DNA of 64,000 nucleotides from Acidobacteriota bacterium (GTDB taxonomy: Bacteria; Acidobacteriota; Thermoanaerobaculia; UBA5066): positions 7,310-71,309 of the forward strand of contig DAIOUV010000012.1 in assembly GCA_036759345.1 (NCBI GenBank). The letters are read 5' to 3'. Positions 17,498-28,391 of the stretch are shown here, one piece after another (position 1 is the first letter of the stretch; every line of letters begins with the position of its first letter). A program made the translations under genes and the position numbers. The notes under the pieces were generated by a model, which worked only from the letters and a program-made list of their open reading frames with translations, did not search any database and was not told the DNA's origin.

Positions 17498-18636
17498 ACG
17501 AGGAGCGAGAAGACCTCGTTCGAGAGCAGCACGCCCTTACGCGTGAGACGCACGCGCCCGGAATCTTCTTCGAGCAGCCCGGCGAGAAATGCACCTTCCA
17601 TGCGGGTGGCGGAATCGGGGGAAAGGCTTTTTCGGATTGCTTCGAATGAGGAAGAGGGGACGCCGGAGGCGAGGCGCAGTCCGAGCATCAGCCCCTCTTT
17701 CCTTCTAAAAAAATCCCCGGTCTCCTCTTCCTCCGAAGCCTGCGGCAATTCGCCCGCGCGGGTTCGCTTCAGATACTCGGTGAGCATCCCCGTGTTCGCG
17801 TATCGCCTCCGCCCGTCGTACGAGTGCGCCCCGACCCCGAAGCCGAGGACCGGTGTAAGCGTCCAGTACTTGAGGTTGTGCCGGCTCTCGAACCCCGGCC
17901 GCGCCCAATTCGAGAGCTCGTAGCGCGGGAGGCCCGCCGCCGTCAGGCGCTCGTCCACGGCCTCCCAGCGGTCCGCCATCTCATCGTCGTCCGGGAACAG
18001 CTCCGGCCGCTCTTTCTTCAGGGAGACGAGGCGCGGGGCCTTCTCCAGCTCCAGAAGGTAGACCGAAAGGTGGGAGATTCCGCACGAGACGAGCCCGTCG
18101 ACACTCGCGAGGAGGCTGCCCTGGGATTGCCCCGGGATGCCGATCATGAGGTCGGCCGAGACGTTTCGGAAGGTCCGGACGGCGTCCGTGACGGCCCGGC
18201 GGGCGGCCGCGGCGCCGTGCCGGCGCTCCAAGGGCACGAGTTCGGCGTCCACGAGCGACTGCACGCCGACGGACAGGCGGTTGACACCGAGTTCCCGAAG
18301 GCCCTGGAGCCGGGAGACATCGAGGTCGTCAGGATTTGCTTCGGCTGTGATCTCCACATTCGAAGAAATTCCGAAAATTTCTTCGAGTGTCCCGAGCACC
18401 CGGCCAAGGCGAGCCGTTTCGACGTAGCTCGGAGTTCCCCCTCCGAAGTAGACCGTATCGAAGCCGCCGAGCCGGGCCGCGGCTTCTCCCCTCCTCGAGC
18501 GGATCTCCCTCTCTAAACCTTCAAAGAAATCTTCTTCTTCTCTCTTCCCTTCCAGCGCCACGAACGAGCAGTACGTGCAGCGGTGCGCGCAGAAGGGAAC
18601 GTGGATGTATGCGCCCGGTGACCGGGACTCGTTCAC
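17494..18636 (-). CDS. hemW: radical SAM family heme chaperone HemW (oxygen-independent coproporphyrinogen-III oxidase-like)
   Basis: YIHVPFCAHRCTYCSF CxxxCxxC motif and a HemN C-terminal domain. GTG start at 18636 overlaps the ribE stop (GTGA). The upstream 100 aa of the track ORF is R-rich junk. Confidence 0.8.
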   Translation of the reverse strand: MNESRSPGAYIHVPFCAHRCTYCSFVALEGKREEEDFFEGLEREIRSRRGEAAARLGGFDTVYFGGGTPSYVETARLGRVLGTLEEIFGISSNVEITAEANPDDLDVSRLQGLRELGVNRLSVGVQSLVDAELVPLERRHGAAAARRAVTDAVRTFRNVSADLMIGIPGQSQGSLLASVDGLVSCGISHLSVYLLELEKAPRLVSLKKERPELFPDDDEMADRWEAVDERLTAAGLPRYELSNWARPGFESRHNLKYWTLTPVLGFGVGAHSYDGRRRYANTGMLTEYLKRTRAGELPQASEEEETGDFFRRKEGLMLGLRLASGVPSSSFEAIRKSLSPDSATRMEGAFLAGLLEEDSGRVRLTRKGVLLSNEVFSLLV

Positions 18637-19292
18637 GCGCCGTTCGTCAGGAGCTGCTTGAGGCGCTCGTCGCGCGCTTCGGCGTCGGGGTCCCCGAGCC
18701 GCGCCGCGAGGAGCCGCTCGACGTACTTCCCGAGAACATCCACTTCGAGGTTGACCAGGTCCCCCGGCTTGCGCTTGCCGAGCGTGGTCGCCGCGAACGT
18801 ATGCGGGATCACGGCCACGTCGAAACTTCCCTCGCGAAGCGCCGCGATCGTGAGCGAGATTCCGTCCACCGAAATCGAGCCCTTTTCGACCGCGTACCGG
18901 GCCAGAGCCCCCGGCAGCGAGAACGTGAACGTCCATGAGTCGCCCGCCTTCGCGACGGCGAGCACCTGGGCCGTTCCGTCCACATGGCCGGCGACGACGT
19001 GGCCGCCGAGGCGGTCGGAGACGCGGAGCGCGCGTTCGAGATTCACGCCCGCACCCGGAGACAGGCCCCCCAGGGCCGAGCGCGAGAGCGTCTCTCGCGA
19101 GACGTCGAAACAGAGGGGCTGGCCGGGAGCCGCCGGGGGCACGACCGTCAGGCAGACTCCGGAGACGGCGATACTCTCCCCCACGGCCACGTCCCCGAAT
19201 TCCGGCGGGCGCTCTATGGCGAGTACGGCGCCCGCCATCCCGGACCTGAGCGACACGACCCGGGAGACGGCGGAGATGAGGCCGGTGAACAC
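18633..19292 (-). CDS. ribE: riboflavin synthase (alpha subunit)
   Basis: MFTGLI start. Duplicated lumazine-binding repeats (GESIAVSGVCLTV / GSISVDGISLT). Confidence 0.9.
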   Translation of the reverse strand: MFTGLISAVSRVVSLRSGMAGAVLAIERPPEFGDVAVGESIAVSGVCLTVVPPAAPGQPLCFDVSRETLSRSALGGLSPGAGVNLERALRVSDRLGGHVVAGHVDGTAQVLAVAKAGDSWTFTFSLPGALARYAVEKGSISVDGISLTIAALREGSFDVAVIPHTFAATTLGKRKPGDLVNLEVDVLGKYVERLLAARLGDPDAEARDERLKQLLTNGA

Positions 19293-19301
19293 GCCGTGAT
19301 C

Positions 19302-20426
19302 CTACCCGACGACGGGCGCGAGGAGCCGGCCCGAGATCCTGAGGTCGGCTCCGATGCGAACGGCTTCGAGGTCCCCAAGGCGGCGCGCATCCGCGAGCGA
19401 TGCCGGTCCCACGCCCGCGAGCGGCGAGTGGGCGGAGGCTCCCCCGACGAGAAGCGGCGCGACGTAGGCGGTCACCCGGTCCACGAGGCCCGCGGCAAGG
19501 AACGACGCGGCCGTCACTCCCCCGCCCTCGACCAGCAGGGACCGCACCTCGAGGGCATGAAGAGCCCCGAGAAGAGCCGCGAGATCGACTCCGGCGCCCG
19601 GTGCCGGCCGGGAGAAGACATGAACGCCCCTCTCGAGGAACGGTGCGAGACGCGGATCGCGGGCCGGCACCGCGGTCACGAGCCAGACCTCGCCACCGGC
19701 CGCGGAGAACACCCGGGCCGTGGCCGGCACGCGGAGGGCGCCGTCGAGGACGAGCCGCCGATGCGGCGTGATGGCCGAAGAGAGGGCCAGGCGGCGGGTC
19801 AGGAGCGGGTCGTCCGCGAGGACGGTCCCGGCGCCAACAAGGATGGCGTCACACTCCTCGCGCAGGAGGAGGGCGTCGTTTCGGGCCGCTTCGCCCGTGA
19901 TCCACTTCGACTCTCCGGTGCGCGTCGCGATGCGCCCGTCGAGCGACGCGGCCCATTTGACGTGGACGAAGGGACGCCGGTCGCGGATGGACTTCAGGAA
20001 CGCTTCGTTCAGCGTCTCGGCTTCGTCCGCGAGCGCGCCGACCAGCACCTCGACCCCGCGCTCCCTCAGGCGGCGAATGCCACGGCCCGCGGTCCGCGAG
20101 TCCGGATCCTCTGTCGAGCACACGACGCGCGACACGCCGGCCGCGATGAGCGCCTCCGAACAGGGAGGGGTACGCCCAAAATGGGAGCACGGCTCGAGGT
20201 TGACGAGCAGCGTCGCTCCTTTCGCGCGCGCGCCCGCGACCGCGAGAGCGACGGCCTCGGCGTGCGGGCCTCCGGCGCGCTCGTGCGCCCCTTCCCCGAC
20301 CACCGTGCCGGCCGCATCCACGAGCACCGCCCCGACGCGCGGGTTCGGCGCGGTCGAGAAACGCCCCCGGCCGGCGAGCTCGAAGACCCGGCGCCAGAGG
20401 ACGTCGAGCGGGGCGCCGTCAGTCAT
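19302..20426 (-). CDS. ribD: bifunctional diaminohydroxyphosphoribosylaminopyrimidine deaminase / 5-amino-6-(5-phosphoribosylamino)uracil reductase
   Basis: CMP/dCMP deaminase zinc motif HAEAVAL...LEPCSHFGRTPPC. C-terminal RibD reductase domain. Confidence 0.9.
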   Translation of the reverse strand: MTDGAPLDVLWRRVFELAGRGRFSTAPNPRVGAVLVDAAGTVVGEGAHERAGGPHAEAVALAVAGARAKGATLLVNLEPCSHFGRTPPCSEALIAAGVSRVVCSTEDPDSRTAGRGIRRLRERGVEVLVGALADEAETLNEAFLKSIRDRRPFVHVKWAASLDGRIATRTGESKWITGEAARNDALLLREECDAILVGAGTVLADDPLLTRRLALSSAITPHRRLVLDGALRVPATARVFSAAGGEVWLVTAVPARDPRLAPFLERGVHVFSRPAPGAGVDLAALLGALHALEVRSLLVEGGGVTAASFLAAGLVDRVTAYVAPLLVGGASAHSPLAGVGPASLADARRLGDLEAVRIGADLRISGRLLAPVVG

Positions 20427-21360
20427 CCACGAGCGCCCCGGCGAAGGCTGCCGCGTCGAAGTCCAGAAGGTCGTCCGCGGTCTCCCCCACTCCCACGTAA
20501 CGAACCGGCAGCGCGAGCTCGCGCACGATGGCCAGGATCACGCCGCCCTTGGCGGTCCCGTCCATCTTCGTGAGGACGAGGCCGGTGACACCCGCCGTCT
20601 TCTTGAACTCGCGCGCCTGCGCGATGCCGTTCATCCCCGTCACCGCGTCCAGGACGAGGAGAACCTCGTGCGGCGCGCCCGGGATGCTCCGGGCCGCGAT
20701 CCGGCGGATCTTCGAGAGCTCCTCCATGAGATTGTGCTTCGTGTGGAGCCGTCCCGCGGTGTCCACGAGCAGCAGGTCGGCTTTCCGGGCGAGAGCGACG
20801 GCACACGCGTCGTGAACGACGGCGGCGGGATCGGAGCCTGCCTTGTGCTTCACGAGAGGGACGTTCAGGCGCGTGGCCCAGACCTCGAGCTGCTCGACCG
20901 CTGCGGCGCGAAACGTGTCGGCCGCGGCGAGGACGACCGACTTCCCGGCGGCGGTCGCGCGGGCCGCGAGCTTGGCGGTCGTTGTCGTTTTTCCCGTGCC
21001 GTTGACCCCCACGATGAGAATCACGTGGGGAGAGCCGGCCGCCGCGCCCGCCAACTCGGGCCCCCTTACGGACAATCTCCGGGTGATCTCCGCCTTCAGG
21101 ACGCGCCGAACGATATCCTGTTCGGTCGCATCGCGGCGTCCGGCCTCCGCCTTCACGGCGGCCACGAGCTCCGCGGCCGTCGCCGGCCCGACGTCCGCCG
21201 CGATCAGGCCCTCCTCCAGCGCGTCGAGCGCCGCGGGATCCGGCTCGAAGGTGGCCTTCACCGCGCTCCCCATCTTCGCGAGGAGCTCCGTGTGGGTCAT
21301 GAAAAGGCCGCGCTTCAGGCGGGCGAAGACGGACGGACGGTCGCGCTCGCCTTTGGCCAT
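20419..21360 (-). CDS. ftsY: signal recognition particle receptor FtsY
   Basis: NG domain with GVNGTGKTTT, DTAGR and TKMDGTAKGG motifs. Confidence 0.92.
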   Translation of the reverse strand: MAKGERDRPSVFARLKRGLFMTHTELLAKMGSAVKATFEPDPAALDALEEGLIAADVGPATAAELVAAVKAEAGRRDATEQDIVRRVLKAEITRRLSVRGPELAGAAAGSPHVILIVGVNGTGKTTTTAKLAARATAAGKSVVLAAADTFRAAAVEQLEVWATRLNVPLVKHKAGSDPAAVVHDACAVALARKADLLLVDTAGRLHTKHNLMEELSKIRRIAARSIPGAPHEVLLVLDAVTGMNGIAQAREFKKTAGVTGLVLTKMDGTAKGGVILAIVRELALPVRYVGVGETADDLLDFDAAAFAGALVDD

Positions 21361-21389
21361 CAGCTCCCGAGACTAGCAGGACACGAGGC

Positions 21390-21740
21390 TCAGGAGATCT
21401 CGGCCGCGAGGCGCACGCGGGCCTTGTCGAGGCGCGGGCGCGCCACGTGCGTCTGGCCCGCCGCGTCGAAGACGACGAGGACGAAATAGCCCGCTTTTAC
21501 GTGCGTCGTAAGAATCCGGCGCTTCTCGAACTCGAACGTGAGATCGGCGATCTCGCCGAGGGCGGACCGCTCGGCCGCGCGGCGCAGCTCTCCCATCCAC
21601 ACGGACTGATAGGCCCCGAGGACCTCCGTCGCGCCGTCGTCGCCGACGCGCGCGATGATCTCCCCCTGCGGGTCGATGAAGGCGGCCCCCAGGGCGCCCG
21701 GCGCGTCGAGAAGCCCTTCGAGGGCATCCGCAAAGCTCAT
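21390..21740 (-). CDS. Roadblock/LC7 domain protein (MglB-like)
   Basis: 116 aa with Roadblock/LC7 fold pattern. ATG overlaps the upstream TPR gene stop (ATGA). Confidence 0.7.
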   Translation of the reverse strand: MSFADALEGLLDAPGALGAAFIDPQGEIIARVGDDGATEVLGAYQSVWMGELRRAAERSALGEIADLTFEFEKRRILTTHVKAGYFVLVVFDAAGQTHVARPRLDKARVRLAAEIS

Positions 21741-22540
21741 CGTTCGACTCCAGGAGCCGCGGGCTCGTTCGCGAGGAAGCGGCGTGCGCGGCGGCCTTCG
21801 TCGCTTTCGGGGGCGGCGCTGACCGTGCGCTGCATGTAGCGCGCGGCGAGGTCGCGGTGGCCGCTCGACAGGAGGCAGATCGCAACCTGATAGTTCGCGA
21901 CCGGATCGCGGGGCTCGTTCTTCAGGACGGACAGAAAATCCTCGAGCGCGCCCTTGAAGTCGTCGAGCTTGATGCGGGCGAGACCCCGCTCGCGGAACGC
22001 GCGGTCGTTGTCCGGCGAGTCGGCGAGCGCGAGCGAGAACTCGCGCTCGGCATCGCGCCAGGCCTCCCGACGGCGATGGAGGAGTCCGAGGTTGTAATGC
22101 GCGTTCACCTTTTCCGGAGTCGGCGGACCGTCGAGAACGGCCTGGAAGTCCACTTCCGCCTCGTTGAAGCGCCCCGCCTCCATCTGCGCGACCCCCCGGT
22201 TGTTCCGCGCCTCGACGAACGAGCCGTCGAGGCGGAGCGCGTCCGAGAACGCGCCCACGGCGCTCTTGTAGTCCTTCTTGTAAAGGAGGGCGAGGCCGAG
22301 CGCGTTCGGCACGTGCGGATCCCGGGGCGAGCTCGTCCGCGCGCGGAGGAGAAGCTGGATGGCCTCGTCCGTCCGGCCTTCACGCAACATCGAGAGGCCG
22401 CTTCGATAGTCGACGAGATCCGAAAGAACGGGATTCTCCTTCGGAGGCATTGAGGCGCTTCCACACCCGGTGAGTCCCGCAGCCAGCGCTAAGAGAGCGG
22501 CCGACGAGAGGCGGAGGACCTTGGCCTTCGGCGCCTTCAA
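21737..22540 (-). CDS. TPR-repeat lipoprotein
   Basis: TTG start at 22540 gives MKAPKAKVLRLSSAALLALAAGLTGC (lipobox). At least five TPR-like repeats follow. The upstream 88 aa of the track ORF is R/G-rich junk. Confidence 0.65.
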   Translation of the reverse strand: MKAPKAKVLRLSSAALLALAAGLTGCGSASMPPKENPVLSDLVDYRSGLSMLREGRTDEAIQLLLRARTSSPRDPHVPNALGLALLYKKDYKSAVGAFSDALRLDGSFVEARNNRGVAQMEAGRFNEAEVDFQAVLDGPPTPEKVNAHYNLGLLHRRREAWRDAEREFSLALADSPDNDRAFRERGLARIKLDDFKGALEDFLSVLKNEPRDPVANYQVAICLLSSGHRDLAARYMQRTVSAAPESDEGRRARRFLANEPAAPGVER

Positions 22541-24267
22541 GCAGAAGCCTTCAGCGGAACCTCTTCGCCCAGGAACTCGAAATCGCCGGAAGACCACGCC
22601 TTGTCGAGCGCGGCGACCACCGCCGGGTCGAACGACTTTCCGGCGAACGACCCGATCCGCGTGATAACGTAGCTGATGGGCATGGCCTTCTGATAGGGCC
22701 GCGTCGTCGTCATGGCGTCGAACGTGTCCGCCACGGCCACGACCCGCGCGACCATCGGAATCCCCTCGCCCTTCAGCCCGTCCGGATAGCCGCCTCCCGA
22801 CCATTTTTCGTGGTGGTGCTTGATGCCCGGGATCACGTCCTTGAGCTGCGGAATCTGGCCCATGATGAGCGCGCCCTTGGCCGGGTGCGTCTTCATGATT
22901 TCGAACTCCTCGCTCGTGAGGGCCGTGGGCTTGCGGAGGATCCGGTCGTCGATGCCGATCTTTCCCACGTCGTGGAGGAGGGCGGACAAGCGCACGACGC
23001 GCACCTCCTCGGGTGAGAGATCCATATGGCGCGCGAGCACGACGGCGTAGCGCGCGACGCGCTCGGAATGGCCGCGGGTGTAAGGGTCCTTCGCGTCGAT
23101 GGCGGCCGCGAGCGTCCGCACCGAGTTGATGAACAGCTCCTGGTTCTCCTTCGCCGCGAGCTTGAGCTTATCGACCGATTTCTCGATCGAGTCGGACATC
23201 GAGTTGAACGTCTCGGACAACTCGGCGAGCTCCCGGACGCCCCGCACCTCGACGCGCTGCTTGAAGCTCCCCTCCGCGATCGAGCGCACCTTCTCGACCA
23301 ATTCGACGAGGGGATGCGCCAGGAGGCGCGCCGCCCCGACGGCGACGAACGCCGCGAAGAGGAGCGAGAACACGGCGATCTTGGAGGACTCTCTCTTCAT
23401 CTGGGAGACCGACGCGTAGGCCGCCGCTTCGTCCTTCTCGACGATGACGCCCCAGTCGGGCGTCGGGATCGTCGCGAGCGTGCCGAGGACCCGGTGCGCC
23501 GTCTTCCCCTCGCCCCGCATGTACGACTTCGTGATCCTCACGGGATGCGCGATGAACTCGCTCACAAGATCGAGCTGGTGCACGTCCTTCGAGCGGAAGG
23601 CCGAGGCATCGCTCGCCAGGATCAGAGAGCCGGAGCGGTCCACGACGTACGCGAGGACGCCGCCCCGCCCCTCTTCGTCCAGCTTCGCCTTGATGGGCCT
23701 GAGGGAGAGCAGGGCCTCGACGACGCCGATCGGCTCCTGGCCCTCCGATGGCCTGACGGGCACGGCGAGAACGAGCGCGCCGTCCGGATAGGACTTCGGG
23801 AAAATCGGATCGGCCACGTAGGACTCGCCGCGCATCGCGGCGTTGTAGGCCTGCCGGAGAGGGCGCTCGACTTCCGGGTCGAGGGTGCCTCCGTCGGCCG
23901 CCGAGGCGACGCCGTCCCGATCGAGGGCCCTGAGGACAGGGAAGCTCGATTCGGCGTCGGAGTACTCACGCAGCAGCTGTTTTTTCGAGAGGTAGAAGAA
24001 AGGATCCGTGGACATCGAGCTCGCGAGCCGGATGCCGTCCGCGATCTTCTTGAGCTGCGACTGCGCGTTCGTGATGTACGTGTCGAAGCTGTCGGCAAGC
24101 GTTACGGAGCTGTTCTTCAGGTACTTCTTCTCGGCCGTCTCGAGGGCATCCCGGTTGATGCCGATGAGGCTGAAGTGCAGGAGGGCGAGCGGGACGATGG
24201 AGACGAGGATCAGGGCGACGAGCAGAGCCGTCACGATCCTCAGGCGCGGAACCCGGGCGACACCCAT
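22537..24267 (-). CDS. HD-GYP domain c-di-GMP phosphodiesterase with N-terminal TM/periplasmic sensor and HAMP domains
   Basis: HDVGKIGI...HHEKWSGGGYP HD-GYP signature. HAMP-like region. N-terminal TM helix. An alternative GTG start at 24234 would avoid a 28-nt overlap with aroB. Confidence 0.85.
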   Translation of the reverse strand: MGVARVPRLRIVTALLVALILVSIVPLALLHFSLIGINRDALETAEKKYLKNSSVTLADSFDTYITNAQSQLKKIADGIRLASSMSTDPFFYLSKKQLLREYSDAESSFPVLRALDRDGVASAADGGTLDPEVERPLRQAYNAAMRGESYVADPIFPKSYPDGALVLAVPVRPSEGQEPIGVVEALLSLRPIKAKLDEEGRGGVLAYVVDRSGSLILASDASAFRSKDVHQLDLVSEFIAHPVRITKSYMRGEGKTAHRVLGTLATIPTPDWGVIVEKDEAAAYASVSQMKRESSKIAVFSLLFAAFVAVGAARLLAHPLVELVEKVRSIAEGSFKQRVEVRGVRELAELSETFNSMSDSIEKSVDKLKLAAKENQELFINSVRTLAAAIDAKDPYTRGHSERVARYAVVLARHMDLSPEEVRVVRLSALLHDVGKIGIDDRILRKPTALTSEEFEIMKTHPAKGALIMGQIPQLKDVIPGIKHHHEKWSGGGYPDGLKGEGIPMVARVVAVADTFDAMTTTRPYQKAMPISYVITRIGSFAGKSFDPAVVAALDKAWSSGDFEFLGEEVPLKASA

Positions 24268-25355
24268 CCGACCTTATTGTAACGCCCAAGGGTCTCTTCG
24301 AAAGCGCCCACGAACTCGGCCCTCTCCACCCGCACGAGCATCGGCTGGCCGGGCCCGGCGAGGAGCACGGCATTGAGCCCGGCGCGATCAGCCTTCTTGT
24401 CGCCCGCGAGGAGATCCGGCATGCCGCGCACCGCAGCCGGGGAAGGGACGGGCGGCGACACGAGCCGCAAGACACGCCGCGCCAGCGCGTCGGCGGTTGC
24501 GGGTGCGAGTCCCGCGCGCGCCACGGAAAGGCGCAGGGCCGCGAGCAGGCCCCAGGCAACGGCCTCGCCGTGCTGCAATCGATGGCCCGAGGCCGTCTCG
24601 AGGGCGTGGCCCACCGTGTGGCCCAGGTTCAGGGCAGCCCTCTCCCCCGTGCGTTCGAACGGATCCCGCGCCACGGCCCACGCCTTCACGGCGAGTGAGC
24701 GGCGCACGACCTCCGTCACCGCGGCCGCCTGTCGCGCGGCGAGGGGCATCTCGAGGCGCGCCATCGCGCGGTGGAAGCCCGCGTCGAGGAAGGACGTCTT
24801 CACGACTTCCGCGAGGCCGGAGCGGAACGCGCGGAGGGGAAGCGTCTCGAGCGTCGACGTGTCGACGACGACGAGACGCGGCGCATGGAAGGCCCCCGCG
24901 AGATTCTTGCCGGAGGGAAGATCCACGGCCGTCTTGCCGCCGAGGGCGCTGTCGGCGGCCGCAAGAAGCGTCGTCGGCGCCTGGACGACGTGGACGCCGC
25001 GCAGAGCGAGCGCCGCCGCGAGGCCCGCCACGTCGCCCACGGTCCCGCCTCCGAGGGCGACGACTCCCCCGTCGCGCCGAAGGCCTCGCCGGACGAGCTC
25101 CTCGAGAAGGCGCCCGAGGACGGGCCATGTCTTGGCCTTCTCTCCGTCGGGTACAAAGAGTGGCTCGGAGTCGAGGGACTCAGCGCCTCCAGCGAACAGC
25201 TTTGGGCCATGCAGGAGAAAGACTTTCTCAGAAGAGATGAGGAACCAGCGGCCCGGCGCGATGGCGCGCAGGCGCCTGTCCAGCCCGGCGTAGGCGCCTT
25301 CGCCGACGATGACCTCGGTCTTCGCGCCCGCCGCCACGAAAGAGAATCGATGCAC
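24240..25355 (-). CDS. aroB: 3-dehydroquinate synthase
   Basis: GGGTVGDVAG nucleotide-binding motif, metal ligands, and overall DHQS pattern. 371 aa. Confidence 0.9.
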   Translation of the reverse strand: MHRFSFVAAGAKTEVIVGEGAYAGLDRRLRAIAPGRWFLISSEKVFLLHGPKLFAGGAESLDSEPLFVPDGEKAKTWPVLGRLLEELVRRGLRRDGGVVALGGGTVGDVAGLAAALALRGVHVVQAPTTLLAAADSALGGKTAVDLPSGKNLAGAFHAPRLVVVDTSTLETLPLRAFRSGLAEVVKTSFLDAGFHRAMARLEMPLAARQAAAVTEVVRRSLAVKAWAVARDPFERTGERAALNLGHTVGHALETASGHRLQHGEAVAWGLLAALRLSVARAGLAPATADALARRVLRLVSPPVPSPAAVRGMPDLLAGDKKADRAGLNAVLLAGPGQPMLVRVERAEFVGAFEETLGRYNKVGWVSPGFRA

Positions 25356-25356
25356 T

Positions 25357-27108
25357 TCAGCTCTTCGGCGGTTTCGCGAGCGCGATGTGGAGCTCGGTGA
25401 GCTGCTCGGGCGACACGGGATTCGGGCAGTCCGTCATGAGGTCCGTGCCGGAAGCCGTCTTCGGGAACGCGATGACGTCGCGGATGGAAGACGAACCGGT
25501 CAGGATCATGAGCATGCGGTCGAGACCGAGAGCGATGCCGCCGTGAGGCGGCGCGCCGAAGCGGAACGCGTCGAGGAGGAAGCCGAATTTCGCGCGCGCT
25601 TCGTCGGGGCCGATCCCGAGAGCCGTGAAGAGGCGCGCCTGCACCTCGGGCCGGTGGATCCGGATGGATCCTCCCCCCAGCTCCATGCCGTTCAGGACGA
25701 CGTCGTACGCCCGCGCCTTCACCCGGCCGGGATCGCTTTCCAGGAACTGGAGGTCCTCCTCGCGCGGCGACGTGAACGGGTGGTGCATCGCGTACCAGCG
25801 CGCGTCCTCTTCGTGCCACTCGAGAAGCGGGAAGCCTGTCACCCACAGGAAGTCGTAGCGCCCCTCGGGGACGAGCTTCTCCTCGCGGGCAATCTGGACG
25901 CGCAGGGCGCCGAGAAAATCGAACACGGACTTTGCTTTTCCGGCCGCGAGGAGGACGAGGTCGTTCTCGCCCGCCCCAAACGAGGAGCGCATGCGTCCGA
26001 CCGCCGCGTCGTCGAAGAATTTCTTTGAATTGGAATTCCAGGCCGCGCCCGTCTTCACCCAGAAGAACCACTCGACGCCCGCCGCCTTCGCGCTCTTCTC
26101 GATGTCGTCCAGGCGCTTGCGCGAAAACGAGGCGCCGCCGGGCACGCACAGGCCCTTCACTTTTTCCACCTTCGAAGAAATCTTCTCTTCCAGCCCCTCG
26201 AAATTCCCCAGCTCGAGCCCGAACCGCGTGTCCGGCCGGTCGACCCCGAACCGCTCCATCGCTTCGTCATAGGTCATCCGCGGGAACGTGGCCGGACACG
26301 GGATCCCGAGCGGAGGAAACACCTTCGCGAAGAGCCTCTCGATCAGCGCGAAGACAGCCTCCTCGCTCGGGAACGACATCTCGATGTCCACCTGCGTGAA
26401 CTCGGGCTGGCGATCGGCCCGCAGGTCCTCGTCGCGGAAGCAGCGGGCGATCTGGTAGTAGCGCTCCATCCCCGAGACCATGAGGAGCTGCTTGAAGAGC
26501 TGCGGCGACTGCGGGAGCGCGTAGAACTCGCCCGGGTGGACGCGCGACGGAACGAGGAAGTCGCGGGCGCCTTCGGGCGTCGATTTCGTGAGGATCGGCG
26601 TCTCGACGTCGAGGAAGCCCTCGCCGTGGAGCACCTCGCGGATCGACATCGTCACCGCGCTCCGCATCATGAGCTTCCGGGTCATTTCCGGGCGCCTGAG
26701 ATCGAGGTATCGGTGCGTGAGGCGCAGATCCTCGGACGCCTTGATGCCGTCTTCGATCGGAAAGGGTGGGGTGTCGGCCCGGTTCAGGATCGCGAGGGAC
26801 GTCGCGCGCACCTCGATCGCGCCGGTGGGGAGATCGGGGTTCACGGCGTCGGCGCCGCGGGCGACGACGTTCCCCGTGACGTCCACGACGAACTCGCTCC
26901 GGAGCTCCTTGGCGAGGGCGAGGAGGGCGGCATCGGGGAGGAACCGGGCGTCGAAGACGGCCTGGGCGAGGCCCGAGCGGTCCCGGAGGTCGATGAAGAC
27001 GAGCTCGCCGTGGTCGCGGCGGCGGTTGACCCAGCCCATGAGGCGCACGGTCGTCCCGACGTGCTCGAGCCGGAGGGTCCCGGCGGGTGTGCGTGAGGCA
27101 GCGGACAT
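25357..27108 (-). CDS. aspS: aspartate--tRNA ligase
   Basis: OB-fold anticodon-binding N-terminus. Class II motifs ([18 protein letters not shown]; GGGSIRIH; GLDRMLM). 583 aa. Confidence 0.93.
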   Translation of the reverse strand: MSAASRTPAGTLRLEHVGTTVRLMGWVNRRRDHGELVFIDLRDRSGLAQAVFDARFLPDAALLALAKELRSEFVVDVTGNVVARGADAVNPDLPTGAIEVRATSLAILNRADTPPFPIEDGIKASEDLRLTHRYLDLRRPEMTRKLMMRSAVTMSIREVLHGEGFLDVETPILTKSTPEGARDFLVPSRVHPGEFYALPQSPQLFKQLLMVSGMERYYQIARCFRDEDLRADRQPEFTQVDIEMSFPSEEAVFALIERLFAKVFPPLGIPCPATFPRMTYDEAMERFGVDRPDTRFGLELGNFEGLEEKISSKVEKVKGLCVPGGASFSRKRLDDIEKSAKAAGVEWFFWVKTGAAWNSNSKKFFDDAAVGRMRSSFGAGENDLVLLAAGKAKSVFDFLGALRVQIAREEKLVPEGRYDFLWVTGFPLLEWHEEDARWYAMHHPFTSPREEDLQFLESDPGRVKARAYDVVLNGMELGGGSIRIHRPEVQARLFTALGIGPDEARAKFGFLLDAFRFGAPPHGGIALGLDRMLMILTGSSSIRDVIAFPKTASGTDLMTDCPNPVSPEQLTELHIALAKPPKS

Positions 27109-27119
27109 GGCCGCGGATC

Positions 27120-28391
27120 TTACAGACGTGCCCGGAGCGCGTCAGCGAGGCCCTTACGAGGCAGCTCTTCCTGGGTCCGCGTCGCGAGGTTCTTCACGAC
27201 GACGGCGCGGCGGGCGGTCTCGTCCTGGCCGACGAGAACGGCGAGCGCGACACCCGTCTTCTCCGCCGCCTTGAGCGCGGAGCCAAGGCCGCGATGACCG
27301 GAGAAGAGGTCCACGGCGACACCGCCGCGGCGCAGCTCGCCCGCGACCGCGAACGCTTCGAACATGTCGGGGCTGCCGACCGGCACGACGGCAACGGGGC
27401 GTGTCGCCTCGAGCGCCGCCTTCCGAAAGGCCTCCGGGAGGACGTCCACGAGCCGGTCTTCGCCGATCGCGAAACCGATGCCCGGCGTCTTCGGACCGCC
27501 GAGGTCCGAGACGAGTTTGTCGTAACGACCGCCGCCGAGGAGCGCGTTCTGCGCGCCGAGGCCCTCGGCCGTCACCTCGAAGACCGTTCGGGTGTAATAG
27601 TCGAGGCCGCGGACCAGAAGAGGATCTTCTTTGAAAGGGACCTTGCTGTCGACCAGAAGCGTCTTGAGCTCACGGTGGTGCGCATCCGAGGCCGGGTCGA
27701 GCGTCGGCAGGAGGTCGACCATCTTCGGAAACCCCGCCGAAGCGACGAGCTCTTTGACGGCGGGATCCTTCGAGTCGAGGACGCGCAGCGGGTTCTCGGC
27801 GAGGCGCCGGCGGTCGTCGTCGCCGAGGGTCTTCTCATTCGAAGAAAAAAAAGTCTTCACGGCCTCGACGTACGCCGGCCGCGCGACTTCGGTCCCTACC
27901 GAATTGAGCGAAACCGACAGCCCCGTGAACCCCAGCCGCCCCAGGAAGTCGAACAGCATCACGATGACCTCGGCGTCGATCAGCGCCGTCGGGTCCCCGA
28001 GCACCTCCGCCCCGATCTGACGAAACTCCCGGTAGCGGCCCTTCTGCGGCCGCTCGTACCGAAACTGCGGCCCCATGTAGTAGAGCTTCCACGGCCGGCC
28101 GGCCTGAGAGAGCCCGTGCTCGACGTACGCGCGCGCGACGCCCGCGGTGTTCTCGGGGCGCAGCGTCACGGACCGGTCGCCACGGTCCGTGAACGTGTAC
28201 ATCTCCTTGTGGACTATGTCCGAGGACTCCCCCACGCTCCGGACGAATAATTCGGTGGACTCCAGGACCGGCGTCCGGATTTCGTCGAATCCGTACAGCG
28301 CGAAGACCTCGCGCGCCACGGCCTCGACACGGTTCCACACGCGCGTGTCGGGCGGGACGAGGTCGCGCGTCCCCTTGACGCTCGCAATCAC
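27120..28391 (-). CDS. hisS: histidine--tRNA ligase
   Basis: Class II HisRS motifs ([31 protein letters not shown]). GTG start at 28391 overlaps the upstream stop (GTGA). The upstream 127 aa of the track ORF is R-rich junk. Confidence 0.9.
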   Translation of the reverse strand: MIASVKGTRDLVPPDTRVWNRVEAVAREVFALYGFDEIRTPVLESTELFVRSVGESSDIVHKEMYTFTDRGDRSVTLRPENTAGVARAYVEHGLSQAGRPWKLYYMGPQFRYERPQKGRYREFRQIGAEVLGDPTALIDAEVIVMLFDFLGRLGFTGLSVSLNSVGTEVARPAYVEAVKTFFSSNEKTLGDDDRRRLAENPLRVLDSKDPAVKELVASAGFPKMVDLLPTLDPASDAHHRELKTLLVDSKVPFKEDPLLVRGLDYYTRTVFEVTAEGLGAQNALLGGGRYDKLVSDLGGPKTPGIGFAIGEDRLVDVLPEAFRKAALEATRPVAVVPVGSPDMFEAFAVAGELRRGGVAVDLFSGHRGLGSALKAAEKTGVALAVLVGQDETARRAVVVKNLATRTQEELPRKGLADALRARL

